Below are positions 48,657 through 57,083 of a DNA stretch of 64,000 nt, piece by piece. The stretch spans positions 4,704,001-4,768,000 of the forward strand of contig OZ244561.1 in assembly GCA_965217585.1 (NCBI GenBank), written 5' to 3'. Below the pieces are notes generated by a model. That model was not told the origin of the DNA and searched no databases. It saw nothing but the letters and a program-made list of their open reading frames with translations. Made by a program: the position numbers and the translations under genes. This DNA comes from Candidatus Latescibacterota bacterium (lineage in GTDB: Bacteria; Latescibacterota; UBA2968; UBA8231). Within the stretch, counting starts at the first letter, position 1. Every line of letters begins with the position of its first letter.

Positions 48657-49130
48657 GTGTTTGCCCTTGACACCAACTTGCTTGTCTATGCACATAATAC
48701 AGACTCGGAATTCCATAAACAGGCAGCCGCATTTGTCACTAAGGTGGTAAATGAACGCGATCATAAAGGACAACACACGATCTGCCTGCCTACCCAAGTC
48801 TTATCAGAGTTTGTACATGTCGTAACTTGGCAGCGCGTTGAAAAGCCACTGTCTATAGTCGAAGCGATCCGCGTCGTCCGGGATTATAGGGATGTGGGCA
48901 TCCCAATCATTCATCAGCGAGAAACACAGATTCAGACCTTTTTGGAACTTTTAGAAAGCGGCACAACACGCAAGAAAGTGTTCGATATGGTCCTAGCGGC
49001 TACTTTGAAAGACAATGGGATAGCAGGACTTTATACTGTGAATGTTGGTGATTTTAAGACATTTGATTTCTTGAAAGCTGTCAATCCACTGCAATCCCTG
49101 TCCAATCAAGCTGATTTATCCGACACATAA
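48657..49130 (+). CDS. vapC: VapC-like PIN-domain toxin
   Basis: LDTNLLVYA, QVLSEF, VFD..LAAT and T.N.GDF motifs. Confidence 0.9.
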   Translation: MFALDTNLLVYAHNTDSEFHKQAAAFVTKVVNERDHKGQHTICLPTQVLSEFVHVVTWQRVEKPLSIVEAIRVVRDYRDVGIPIIHQRETQIQTFLELLESGTTRKKVFDMVLAATLKDNGIAGLYTVNVGDFKTFDFLKAVNPLQSLSNQADLSDT

Positions 49131-49156
49131 TTGCATTTCAAGTCCGCGGCCACACG

Positions 49157-49312
49157 GCACCGGGAGTCGAGGCGATCTTGATGCCTGGGGATAGCGAGCG
49201 GGCGATGGCGGAGAAGCGGAAGGTGGAGGGGATCTTCATAGAGGACGAGACGTGGGCGCAGATTGTGGCGAGTGCGGCGAAGGTGGGGGTTGAGGTGAGT
49301 GATGAGGGGTAA
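49157..49312 (+). pseudogene. duplicated 3' end of the Ldh_2 gene
   Basis: 49157..49296 matches 47931..48070 with 5 mismatches in 140, then ends VSDEG-stop. Confidence 0.92.
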
Positions 49313-49446
49313 GGGGACTTGCCCCAAAAAAATTTAATTTTTTTAACGTAACGGACATTCCCTGACCGCTTAGCGCTTATCTTTAGGACCATTATTAAGA
49401 CGAATGAACCCTTTGCTTGGGTGCATAGCCCAAAGGAGATGACATC

Positions 49447-52400
49447 ATGAAAGCTGCAATCGTGTGTCTCATCGGATTAGTTTTCGCTGTCTCGGCGTCG
49501 GCGGAGCCGCTGCTTGAGGGGCGGGTGCGGCTGGCGTCTGGCGAACCGGTCGCCGATGCACAGGTGCGAATTTTTGATTTGAGCGACCTGCGGCAAGGAG
49601 CCATTGCCCGTGCCCTGACCGATGGCACGGGGTATTTCGCGTTGCCGTTAGCGGCCTTGGGGGGGAGGGCACTGCCGACGCGGTTTGAGTTAGGGCCGAA
49701 TTATCCCAATCCATTCAATCCCTCGACGATCATACCCTATCAACTGGCGGCTTCGGCCGAGGTGCGGCTGGAGGTGTTTAACCTATTAGGGCAGCGCATT
49801 ACGACGTTAGTGGATGGGGAGCGACCGGCAGGCTTTTATACGGCGACGTGGCACGCGACGGATGGGGCAGGCCGTGCGGTAGGGGCGGGGGTGTACATCT
49901 ATCGAATGACGGTGGGAGTGGAGAGCCAGACGGGTCGGATGGTGCTGGTTGATGGGCAAGCGGGTGTCTCGGCTGCGGGAGCTGCTTCTGTTTTGTCGGG
50001 TGTGTCTGGTGGTGGGTCGGATGGAGCGGAATCCCAGGTGTATGGGTTGATCGTCTCGGGTGAGGGGTTGGCTCCTTATGTGGATTCGTCGTTTCGGGTT
50101 GAAGCGGGTATGGCCCCTGTGGAGTTGATGGTGTCGTCGGGACCGCATTCGGCGGGTAAGGCCACGGACGACGACTGTGCCTTTTGCGACCTGTTCGACG
50201 GGCTCCACGACGGGCAGGAAGCAGAGGAAGCTCGCCCCAGCGGGAAGGCTCAGGCGATCCTCGAAGCGCCCTCCCCGCCGACCAACCTGCGATTCGATGC
50301 TCCTACGGACTCCTCCTGTACCGTCCGTTGGGATGCTGCCGATGGAGCGACCGACTACGACGTCAACTACAAGCCGGCGGTAGGAGGCCGGTGGACCAAC
50401 GAGCCGCATAGGGGGATTGGGCTATCCAACACGATCGACGATTTACAGCCCAATACGGAGTACCGTTGGGCGGTGCGGGCGGAAAACAGCGAGGGAACCT
50501 CGGAATGGATTCATGGGCCTAATTTTACGACGTTGCCATCCTCCGAAGATGATGGTTTGAGTGATGCGCCGGCTTCTCCGACCAACCTGCGATTCGATGC
50601 TCCTACGGACTCCTCCTGTACCGTCCGTTGGGATGCTGCCGATGGAGCGACCGACTACGACGTCAACTATAAGCCGGCGGTAGGAGGCCGGTGGACCATC
50701 GAGCCGCATAGGGGGATTGGGCTATCCAACACGATCGACGATTTACAGCCCAATACGGAGTATCGTTGGGCGGTGCGGGCGGAAAACAGCGAGGGAACCT
50801 CGGAATGGATTCATGGGCCTAATTTTACGACGTTGCCAGAGGAGGGACCGGATCTGATCGTTCAATCGCCTTCGGTCAGCGCCGTCGTGCTGACGCCGGG
50901 GCAGGCGTTCACCTTGAATGCCACCGTGCACAATCAAGGCGACGAGCAGGCCGCGGCGACGATGCTGCACTACTATCGCTCCAACAATTCGACGATTACT
51001 TCCAGTGACACGGAAGTGGGTACGGACGCAATAGATGCACTGGACGCCTCGGCCACTAGTGCGGAGTCGATTGCGTTGACCGCGCCAACGAGTGTAAGTG
51101 CCGAGGTGGGGATCTACTACGGCGCGTGTGTGGGCAGCGTCAGTGGCGAGAGCAATACCGATAACAACTGCTCCTCGGCTGTGAAGATCACGGTGAGCGG
51201 GCAGGTGGCGACGGAAGACGAGGACGACGAGGCAGAGGAAGAAGAAGAGGACGACGAGGCAGAGGAAGAAGAAGAGGACGACGAGGCAGAGGAAGAAGAG
51301 ATAGACGATACGCCAGTAACCATCCCCGACGCCAAGCTGCGGGCGGCGATTGCGGCGGCGCTGGGCAAGGCGAGGGGTGCGACGATTACCAAGGCTGAAA
51401 TGGAGACTTTGACCACCTTGGAGGCGGGGGAGGCGGGCATCAGCGATTTGACCGGGCTGGAGTATGCCATCAATCTGACAAGGCTGGACCTTTGGCTCAA
51501 CCACATTTCGGACGTCTCGCCGCTTTCGGGCTTGACCAACCTGACACTGCTGAATCTTGGAGGCAACCACATTTCGGACGTCTCGCCGCTTTCGGGCTTG
51601 ACCAACCTGGCATACCTGTATCTTAACGGCAACCACATTTCGGACGTCTCGCCGCTTTCGGGCTTGACCAGCCTGACAAGGCTGAGTCTTGGAGACAATA
51701 TTTCGGACATTTCGCCGCTTTCGGGCTTGACCAACCTGATACACCTGTATCTTTTCGGCAACAAGCTCACAGACATCTCGGCGCTTTCGGGCTTGACCAA
51801 CCTGACACAGCTGGGGCTTTCGGATAACCCCCTGAACGCCTCCTCCATCAACGATCACATTCCCGCCTTGCAGGCCCGAGGGGTTACGGTAGAGTTTGAT
51901 CCAGTGATCATAATCGACGACCCGACGCCGGTGACCATCCCCGACGCCAACTTGCGGGCGGCGATTGCGGCGGCGCTGGACAAGGCGAGGGGTGCGACGA
52001 TTACCAAGGGTGAAATGTCGACCTTGCTCATCTTGGACGCGCACGATGCGGGCATCAGCGATTTGACCAGACTAGAGTTTGCCACCAACCTGAAAGAGTT
52101 GTGGCTTTCCGGCAACAACATTTCGGACATTTCGGCGCTTTCGGGCTTGACCAACCTAGGAAGCCTGAGTCTTTTCGACAACAGTATTACGGACGTCTCG
52201 GCACTTTCGGGCTTGACCAACCTGACATACTTGGCTTTTAAAGGCAACAGGATCACGGATGTCTCGCCGCTTTCGGGCTTGACCAACCTGACACACCTGT
52301 ATCTTAACGGCAACAGGATCACGGATGTCTCGTCGCTTTCGGGCTTGACTAAGCTGATACGGCTGGAGCTTGGCGGCAACAGGATCACGGATGTCTCGCC

Positions 52401-53559
52401 GCTTTCGGGCTTGACCAACCTAGAAAGTCTGAGTCTTTGGTATTGCGACCTCACGGATGTCTCGGCACTTTCGGGCTTGACTAAGCTGATACGGCTGTGG
52501 CTTGGCGGCAACAGGATCACGGATGTCTCGCCGCTTTCGGGCTTGACCAACCTAGAAAGCCTGAATCTTGAGGTTAACAACATCACGGATATCTCGGCGC
52601 TGCGGGACTTAGCCGACCTGAGTATGAACAGTATGAGCCTTCGGGGAAACCCCCTAAATGTCTCCTCGGTCAAGGATTATATTCCTGCCCTTATTGGCCG
52701 CGGAGTTGAGGTCTACTTTGACCCCTTGCTCCGCGAGAGCGACTTTGACATCGAACTCGTTTTCCTCGACCGCTTCACCGAAGAGCAGAAGCGGGTGATC
52801 CAACATGCGGCTAGACGGTGGGCGTCGATTATTACGGAGGACCTGCCAGACCAAGAATTTACTCGAGGCTGGTCGGGTGCGTGTGGCGATCAGTTGTACG
52901 AGATTCCCCCCGGGGATCGGATAGACGACCTGCGGATCTATGTGATAAACCAACCTGGTAAGCGTTGGGGCGGTGTAATCTCGGTTCGCACGACCTCCAA
53001 TCTGCCCGTCGTAGGATGTATGTCGGTCAACGGAATTTCTTTGGATTCGGCGCTCCACGAGATAGGGCACGTGATGGGGATCGGGGCACTTTGGGGGGTT
53101 TCAGGCTTCCTTCAGGATTTCCCGGGTGCCGATCCGCACTTCAACGGCCCGCGGGCGATTGCCGCGTTTAACGCGGCGGGCGGACGCGGCTACGCGGGTG
53201 CGAAGGTGCCGGTGGCGGCGGAGACAGAGGGGAGAGGTGCCGGGAGCCACTGGAGGTCTTCCGTTTTTGCCGGACTCATGGATTGGGACGAACTTATGGA
53301 TTGGGCTGCTGTTAAGGGTAGTAGCCACGGAGCGCTGAGCGCAATCACGATTCAGTCGTTGGCCGATCTCGGCTACAGCGTTGATGTCACGCAGGCGGAC
53401 CCATATACCCTGCCCGGTGCCGCCGCGAAGGCAAGTGCGAAGGTCGCGGCTCCATCTACTCATGCACAGCCAGAGTTTTTGTGCGGCGTCGGCGAACAGC
53501 GGGAGCCAATTTACGTGGTCGATGAGCAGGGGTATATCATCCGCACCCTAGGCGACTGA
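49447..53559 (+). CDS. large secreted modular protein: FlgD/T9SS-like Ig domain, 2x FN3, CARDB, acidic linker, two internalin-like LRR blocks, C-terminal zinc metalloprotease (M8/leishmanolysin-like)
   Basis: Signal peptide, NYPNPFNPST, PTNL...YRWAVRA x2, PDLIVQSPSV, LSGLTNL repeats and HEIGH...SHW...ELM. Confidence 0.85.
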   Translation: MKAAIVCLIGLVFAVSASAEPLLEGRVRLASGEPVADAQVRIFDLSDLRQGAIARALTDGTGYFALPLAALGGRALPTRFELGPNYPNPFNPSTIIPYQLAASAEVRLEVFNLLGQRITTLVDGERPAGFYTATWHATDGAGRAVGAGVYIYRMTVGVESQTGRMVLVDGQAGVSAAGAASVLSGVSGGGSDGAESQVYGLIVSGEGLAPYVDSSFRVEAGMAPVELMVSSGPHSAGKATDDDCAFCDLFDGLHDGQEAEEARPSGKAQAILEAPSPPTNLRFDAPTDSSCTVRWDAADGATDYDVNYKPAVGGRWTNEPHRGIGLSNTIDDLQPNTEYRWAVRAENSEGTSEWIHGPNFTTLPSSEDDGLSDAPASPTNLRFDAPTDSSCTVRWDAADGATDYDVNYKPAVGGRWTIEPHRGIGLSNTIDDLQPNTEYRWAVRAENSEGTSEWIHGPNFTTLPEEGPDLIVQSPSVSAVVLTPGQAFTLNATVHNQGDEQAAATMLHYYRSNNSTITSSDTEVGTDAIDALDASATSAESIALTAPTSVSAEVGIYYGACVGSVSGESNTDNNCSSAVKITVSGQVATEDEDDEAEEEEEDDEAEEEEEDDEAEEEEIDDTPVTIPDAKLRAAIAAALGKARGATITKAEMETLTTLEAGEAGISDLTGLEYAINLTRLDLWLNHISDVSPLSGLTNLTLLNLGGNHISDVSPLSGLTNLAYLYLNGNHISDVSPLSGLTSLTRLSLGDNISDISPLSGLTNLIHLYLFGNKLTDISALSGLTNLTQLGLSDNPLNASSINDHIPALQARGVTVEFDPVIIIDDPTPVTIPDANLRAAIAAALDKARGATITKGEMSTLLILDAHDAGISDLTRLEFATNLKELWLSGNNISDISALSGLTNLGSLSLFDNSITDVSALSGLTNLTYLAFKGNRITDVSPLSGLTNLTHLYLNGNRITDVSSLSGLTKLIRLELGGNRITDVSPLSGLTNLESLSLWYCDLTDVSALSGLTKLIRLWLGGNRITDVSPLSGLTNLESLNLEVNNITDISALRDLADLSMNSMSLRGNPLNVSSVKDYIPALIGRGVEVYFDPLLRESDFDIELVFLDRFTEEQKRVIQHAARRWASIITEDLPDQEFTRGWSGACGDQLYEIPPGDRIDDLRIYVINQPGKRWGGVISVRTTSNLPVVGCMSVNGISLDSALHEIGHVMGIGALWGVSGFLQDFPGADPHFNGPRAIAAFNAAGGRGYAGAKVPVAAETEGRGAGSHWRSSVFAGLMDWDELMDWAAVKGSSHGALSAITIQSLADLGYSVDVTQADPYTLPGAAAKASAKVAAPSTHAQPEFLCGVGEQREPIYVVDEQGYIIRTLGD
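50278..50838 (+). repeat. recent FN3 domain duplication (261 bp, period 300)
   Basis: 50278..50538 versus 50578..50838, 3 mismatches. Confidence 0.95.
51220..51300 (+). repeat. 27-bp x3 tandem repeat encoding EDDEAEEEE
   Basis: GAGGACGACGAGGCAGAGGAAGAAGAA repeated. Confidence 0.92.
51440..52650 (+). repeat. 66-bp LRR coding repeats in two blocks
   Basis: Recurrent CGCTTTCGGGCTTGACCAACCTG core at about 66-bp spacing. Confidence 0.9.
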
Positions 53560-53637
53560 ATATGCGCTAGTGGGTACGATAGCCCGGGACCAAGAGACTG
53601 GTGAGCAGCACTGACGCCATAGGGGCGACCGGCCGCC

Positions 53638-55014
53638 TTAGTGCTCCTGCCTGAGCCGGTCCAGCAGGCGGCCCAGTTGTCCCACCAAGTAAAGCGGCAG
53701 CGAGAGCAAGGTCATTTCCACGCTCTGCTGCGTTCCGCTTACTTGGTGCCGGATGGACTGGACGGTGGGCGGATTGAGGTCGAAGCGCACCGCGAGGCGC
53801 GTCCCTTTGGCCAAGGCGAACTGGTGCAGCGAACGCAGGGTGCCGCTGGTTCCGGCTTTGACTTCGACCGGCACGATCCAAGCCCCCCGGGCAATCGCGT
53901 AGTCAACTTCGGCGTTGGCACTTTTCCCTTCCCGCAGCCAGTAGTTCAAACGGGGCGTTTCCCGACCCTCTTCTAAGTAGAGTAGGTGTTGCCCGACGAA
54001 CTGTTCGGCCAAGGCTCCTTCATTGACCAGTCGGCGGTCGTCCAAGTCCTTCAGAGCCAGCCAGTCTAGTCCGCACAGACGGTTCATCAGGCCGATGTCC
54101 AAAAAGAGAAGTTTGTAGGTCTTCCAATCGACATCGGCGTGGATAGGCACCCCAGAACAGGCACTGTGGAAGACGGGTGCAATGACCCGGGCCTTGGCCA
54201 GCAAGTCAATGGCGGTCCGCAGTTCGCGGGCGGTCTCCTCGCGGTGGATCTGGGTGTATTTGACTTTGCGACCCACGGCGCGGGGAACGTAGTTGAAGAT
54301 CCGCTGCAAGCGCAGCCGGACTCGGGCGGAGGCGTACTTGGCGAAATCGTCTTGGTAGGTATCGACGATGGACTGATGCACAGGCGTTACGTCGGCAAAG
54401 CGGCGGGTGGAGCTATATGCGGCTACGGCTTCGGGCATCCCACCCACCAGCAAGTATTCCCGCTGATAGGCCGACAAGCGGGTGTGGACGGTATGGGGTA
54501 GGGGATGCTCAAAGGTGTAGTCTTGCAGATAGGCCAAGAGGGGCGGGTCCAGTTCGGCGAGAAATTCTTCAAAGCTCATCGGGCCAAGATGGAAGTATTG
54601 AATGCGCCCTACCGGCATGGTAAAGGCGTGTTGCGAGAGGACGAATTCGAGTAGGGAGCCAGCGGCGATAACCGGCAGTTCGGGGTGATCTTCGAAGAAA
54701 TAGCGCAGGGCGGGCAGGGCGTGGGGGGTCGCTTGGATTTCGTCGAGAAAGAGTAGGCTGCCCGCTGCCAACAGCGGTTGACCCAGCAGCCCTTCGAGTT
54801 CGCGGCGGATGCGCGTCAGGTCCAAGGTCTGGAAGATGGGTTCCAAGTCTGGGTGACGCTCAAGGTTGATTTCGTTGAGGTGCAGGCGATGGGACTGGGC
54901 GAATTGCCGCACTAGGGTGGATTTGCCCACTTGGCGGGCACCGCGGATGACCAGCGGTTTTCGCTGTGGGGTGGCAAACCATTGGGCCAGAGCACGTTCA
55001 GCCGATCTATACAT
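53638..55014 (-). CDS. AAA_14 ATPase with DUF4143 (C-terminal nuclease-like) domain
   Basis: GARQVGKS, FLDEIQ, AAGS, VGGMPE, KL.FLDIGL and EVDY...PVEVKAG motifs. Confidence 0.92.
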   Translation of the reverse strand: MYRSAERALAQWFATPQRKPLVIRGARQVGKSTLVRQFAQSHRLHLNEINLERHPDLEPIFQTLDLTRIRRELEGLLGQPLLAAGSLLFLDEIQATPHALPALRYFFEDHPELPVIAAGSLLEFVLSQHAFTMPVGRIQYFHLGPMSFEEFLAELDPPLLAYLQDYTFEHPLPHTVHTRLSAYQREYLLVGGMPEAVAAYSSTRRFADVTPVHQSIVDTYQDDFAKYASARVRLRLQRIFNYVPRAVGRKVKYTQIHREETARELRTAIDLLAKARVIAPVFHSACSGVPIHADVDWKTYKLLFLDIGLMNRLCGLDWLALKDLDDRRLVNEGALAEQFVGQHLLYLEEGRETPRLNYWLREGKSANAEVDYAIARGAWIVPVEVKAGTSGTLRSLHQFALAKGTRLAVRFDLNPPTVQSIRHQVSGTQQSVEMTLLSLPLYLVGQLGRLLDRLRQEH

Positions 55015-55022
55015 AATGTATA

Positions 55023-55071
55023 AAAATGCCCCCTTTTTCGTACATACAATGTACAAAAAAGGGGGCATTTT
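55023..55071. terminator. 23-bp inverted repeat (terminator and/or operator)
   Basis: AAAATGCCCCCTTTTTCGTACAT-aca-ATGTACAAAAAAGGGGGCATTTT, 1 mismatch. Lies between the transporter stop and the ATPase start. Confidence 0.65.
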
Positions 55072-55092
55072 ACAACCTGATGTTACGCACCC

Positions 55093-57081
55093 TCAAAACA
55101 CAATGCTCGACACCGCTTTAGAAATCAGCGCCAGCGCGATGGAAGACATGCCGACCAAGCCCATTCCGCACGAATAGCCCGCCAAGAGAATCGGCGCGTA
55201 CGCCCGCCAGCGCGCCTCGCCGAAGCGCTTCTGCAAGTGATAGCGGCCCAGCAACGCGCCGATGAAATTGGGCAGCAGAAAGTGCGGCCACGCGCCCACG
55301 CCGCCGATGAATCCGTAGAACAGGGCGACCGGCCAGCGCAAGAGCGCCAGCCCGCCCAAAATCCCCGCGCTGCCCAGCGCACCCGTGAGTACGTATTCCC
55401 AGCGAATGATGGTCCTGATCAGCTCGTTGCCGCCCTCGGCGAGGGTCGATTTGGCCCAGAACGCCTGCATGGTGGCGTGGAAGGGCCAAAACTTCTGCAC
55501 GTAGGGATAGGCCGTCGAGGGAATCGGCCCGAGCTTCCAGATAAAAGACCAGAACACAAACGAGCAGACGAACATGATTAGCAAAGTAACGCCGGCCAGC
55601 TTGACGATGCTGCCGAAGTGGGTGCGGGTCAGTTCAAGTTGCTTGAAGGCCGCGGCTTCGTAGCCCCACTGGAAGAGCGGAATCGGCGCGAACCACACGG
55701 CCGCACCCTGATAGCCCGACAGGTAAAAGGAACCTTCGCGCAGATAGGGGAAGGACGCCCCTTGCGGCGAGCCGGTCAGGCCGATCATGCGCGCCCCGAT
55801 GTACGAGTAAATCGGCGTCCACACAAAGCCGAAGAACGCGCTGATCCACCAGGGAAATTCCGGCACCAAATACCACACCAAGAACACAAAGCCGAGCGTA
55901 CTCACCGCCCAGATGCCCAAGGCGAGGGGGATGGGGATGTCGCCGCGGCCCTCGGTTAGAATCTCGTCGTCGTCCTCCCGCTTAACCCCGCGCAAAGTCC
56001 ACAGGGTCTTGCCCACCATGGCAAAACCCATCACGGCCACGAGGACTGCGCCGCCAATGGAGAAGCTGAGCCAGAAGTCGAAGGAATTGGCGATCTGCGT
56101 TGGAATCGCCGACATGCCCGGCTCCCAGGTGTGCAGCACGTCGTAGGCGTAGAGCACCGGGTTGACGAGGATGTTGACGAGGAAGGCTGCGGCAAAGGAG
56201 CCGACCACGATCCAAAAGGGCAGGACAAAGCCGACCATGACGTGCCCGAGGTCGGTGCCAATGCCCATGATGCTGGCCGGCAGCATTTCCTTGAGCGAGA
56301 CGGTCAGGTCGATAAACGGAATCGGCAGGATCGTCACCGTTTCGGTAAAGAAAATGCCCGAGATCGTGGGGATGACCACGTAGAACAGCCCCCAGATAAT
56401 GCCGATAAAGGCTCCGACGCTAAAGACCTCCCAGCGCCAGCCTTGACTCGGTCCCGAGCTCTCGGCGAGGGCAGTCGCGCCGCCGGCCTGCACCGCAGCG
56501 AGCGGGTACGGCAGGCGCTCGATGTCGTTGGTGATGCGGAAGAGCACGTAGCCCAAAGACAGGCTGTTGACCTTCTGCATCACGATGACGGTCAGCAGCA
56601 GGGCGATGGGCTTGAGCCAGTCGGGGTGCATAAAGGAGCGCCCCTCTAGGGCTTGTGAGCCGCGCGGCGGCACCACCCAATCGGGGATGTACTGATGCAA
56701 GCCGTCGGCTTGGGGCGATTGGATCAAGTACTGGTCCCAGATCAGCCCGCCAAAAGGCCCGCCGAACAGCTCGGCCCCGGTGCCCAACTTGCCGCCCATC
56801 ACGACCAAGCCGCCGGCCACCCAATAGAGGATGATCACCTCTTGGGTGCGCAGGCGCACAAAGGAGCGCTTGGCGATTTCGATGAAGAGGATGAGCGTCA
56901 CCCACTCGGCACCGCCGGCCATGCTCTGGCCGGTCACCAACCCCAAGTAGATGGCCCCCGGCAGCATGATGAAGCCGACAAAGAGCGCGGCCCACAAGGT
57001 CTTGATGTTGAAGCCCGGTTCAAATTGGAGGTCCGAGGGGATCAGCTCGGGCGCTTTTTCTTTTTTATCGTCTTGAGCCAT
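55093..57081 (-). CDS. OPT-like putative peptide transporter
   Basis: Polytopic 662 aa from ATG 57081, AEWVTLILFIEIAKR and DIERLPYPLA motifs. Starts 2 nt after the upstream stop. Confidence 0.7.
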   Translation of the reverse strand: MAQDDKKEKAPELIPSDLQFEPGFNIKTLWAALFVGFIMLPGAIYLGLVTGQSMAGGAEWVTLILFIEIAKRSFVRLRTQEVIILYWVAGGLVVMGGKLGTGAELFGGPFGGLIWDQYLIQSPQADGLHQYIPDWVVPPRGSQALEGRSFMHPDWLKPIALLLTVIVMQKVNSLSLGYVLFRITNDIERLPYPLAAVQAGGATALAESSGPSQGWRWEVFSVGAFIGIIWGLFYVVIPTISGIFFTETVTILPIPFIDLTVSLKEMLPASIMGIGTDLGHVMVGFVLPFWIVVGSFAAAFLVNILVNPVLYAYDVLHTWEPGMSAIPTQIANSFDFWLSFSIGGAVLVAVMGFAMVGKTLWTLRGVKREDDDEILTEGRGDIPIPLALGIWAVSTLGFVFLVWYLVPEFPWWISAFFGFVWTPIYSYIGARMIGLTGSPQGASFPYLREGSFYLSGYQGAAVWFAPIPLFQWGYEAAAFKQLELTRTHFGSIVKLAGVTLLIMFVCSFVFWSFIWKLGPIPSTAYPYVQKFWPFHATMQAFWAKSTLAEGGNELIRTIIRWEYVLTGALGSAGILGGLALLRWPVALFYGFIGGVGAWPHFLLPNFIGALLGRYHLQKRFGEARWRAYAPILLAGYSCGMGLVGMSSIALALISKAVSSIVF

Positions 57082-57083
57082 GG

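Noticed and set aside
16078-49296. Diversity-generating retroelement TR/VR interpretation of the duplicated gene 3' ends
   Set aside because: The mismatched positions in the non-coding copies are G/T/C rather than adenines, and no reverse transcriptase is in the window.
51440-52650. CRISPR-like periodic repeats at about 66-bp spacing
   Set aside because: They are in-frame LRR coding units inside a 1370-aa ORF, the intervening segments are mutually similar, and no cas genes are present.
50743-52673. Long antisense ORFs (433, 244 and 272 aa) and similar shadow ORFs elsewhere
   Set aside because: They mirror repetitive, GC-rich sense genes and have no independent coding signals.
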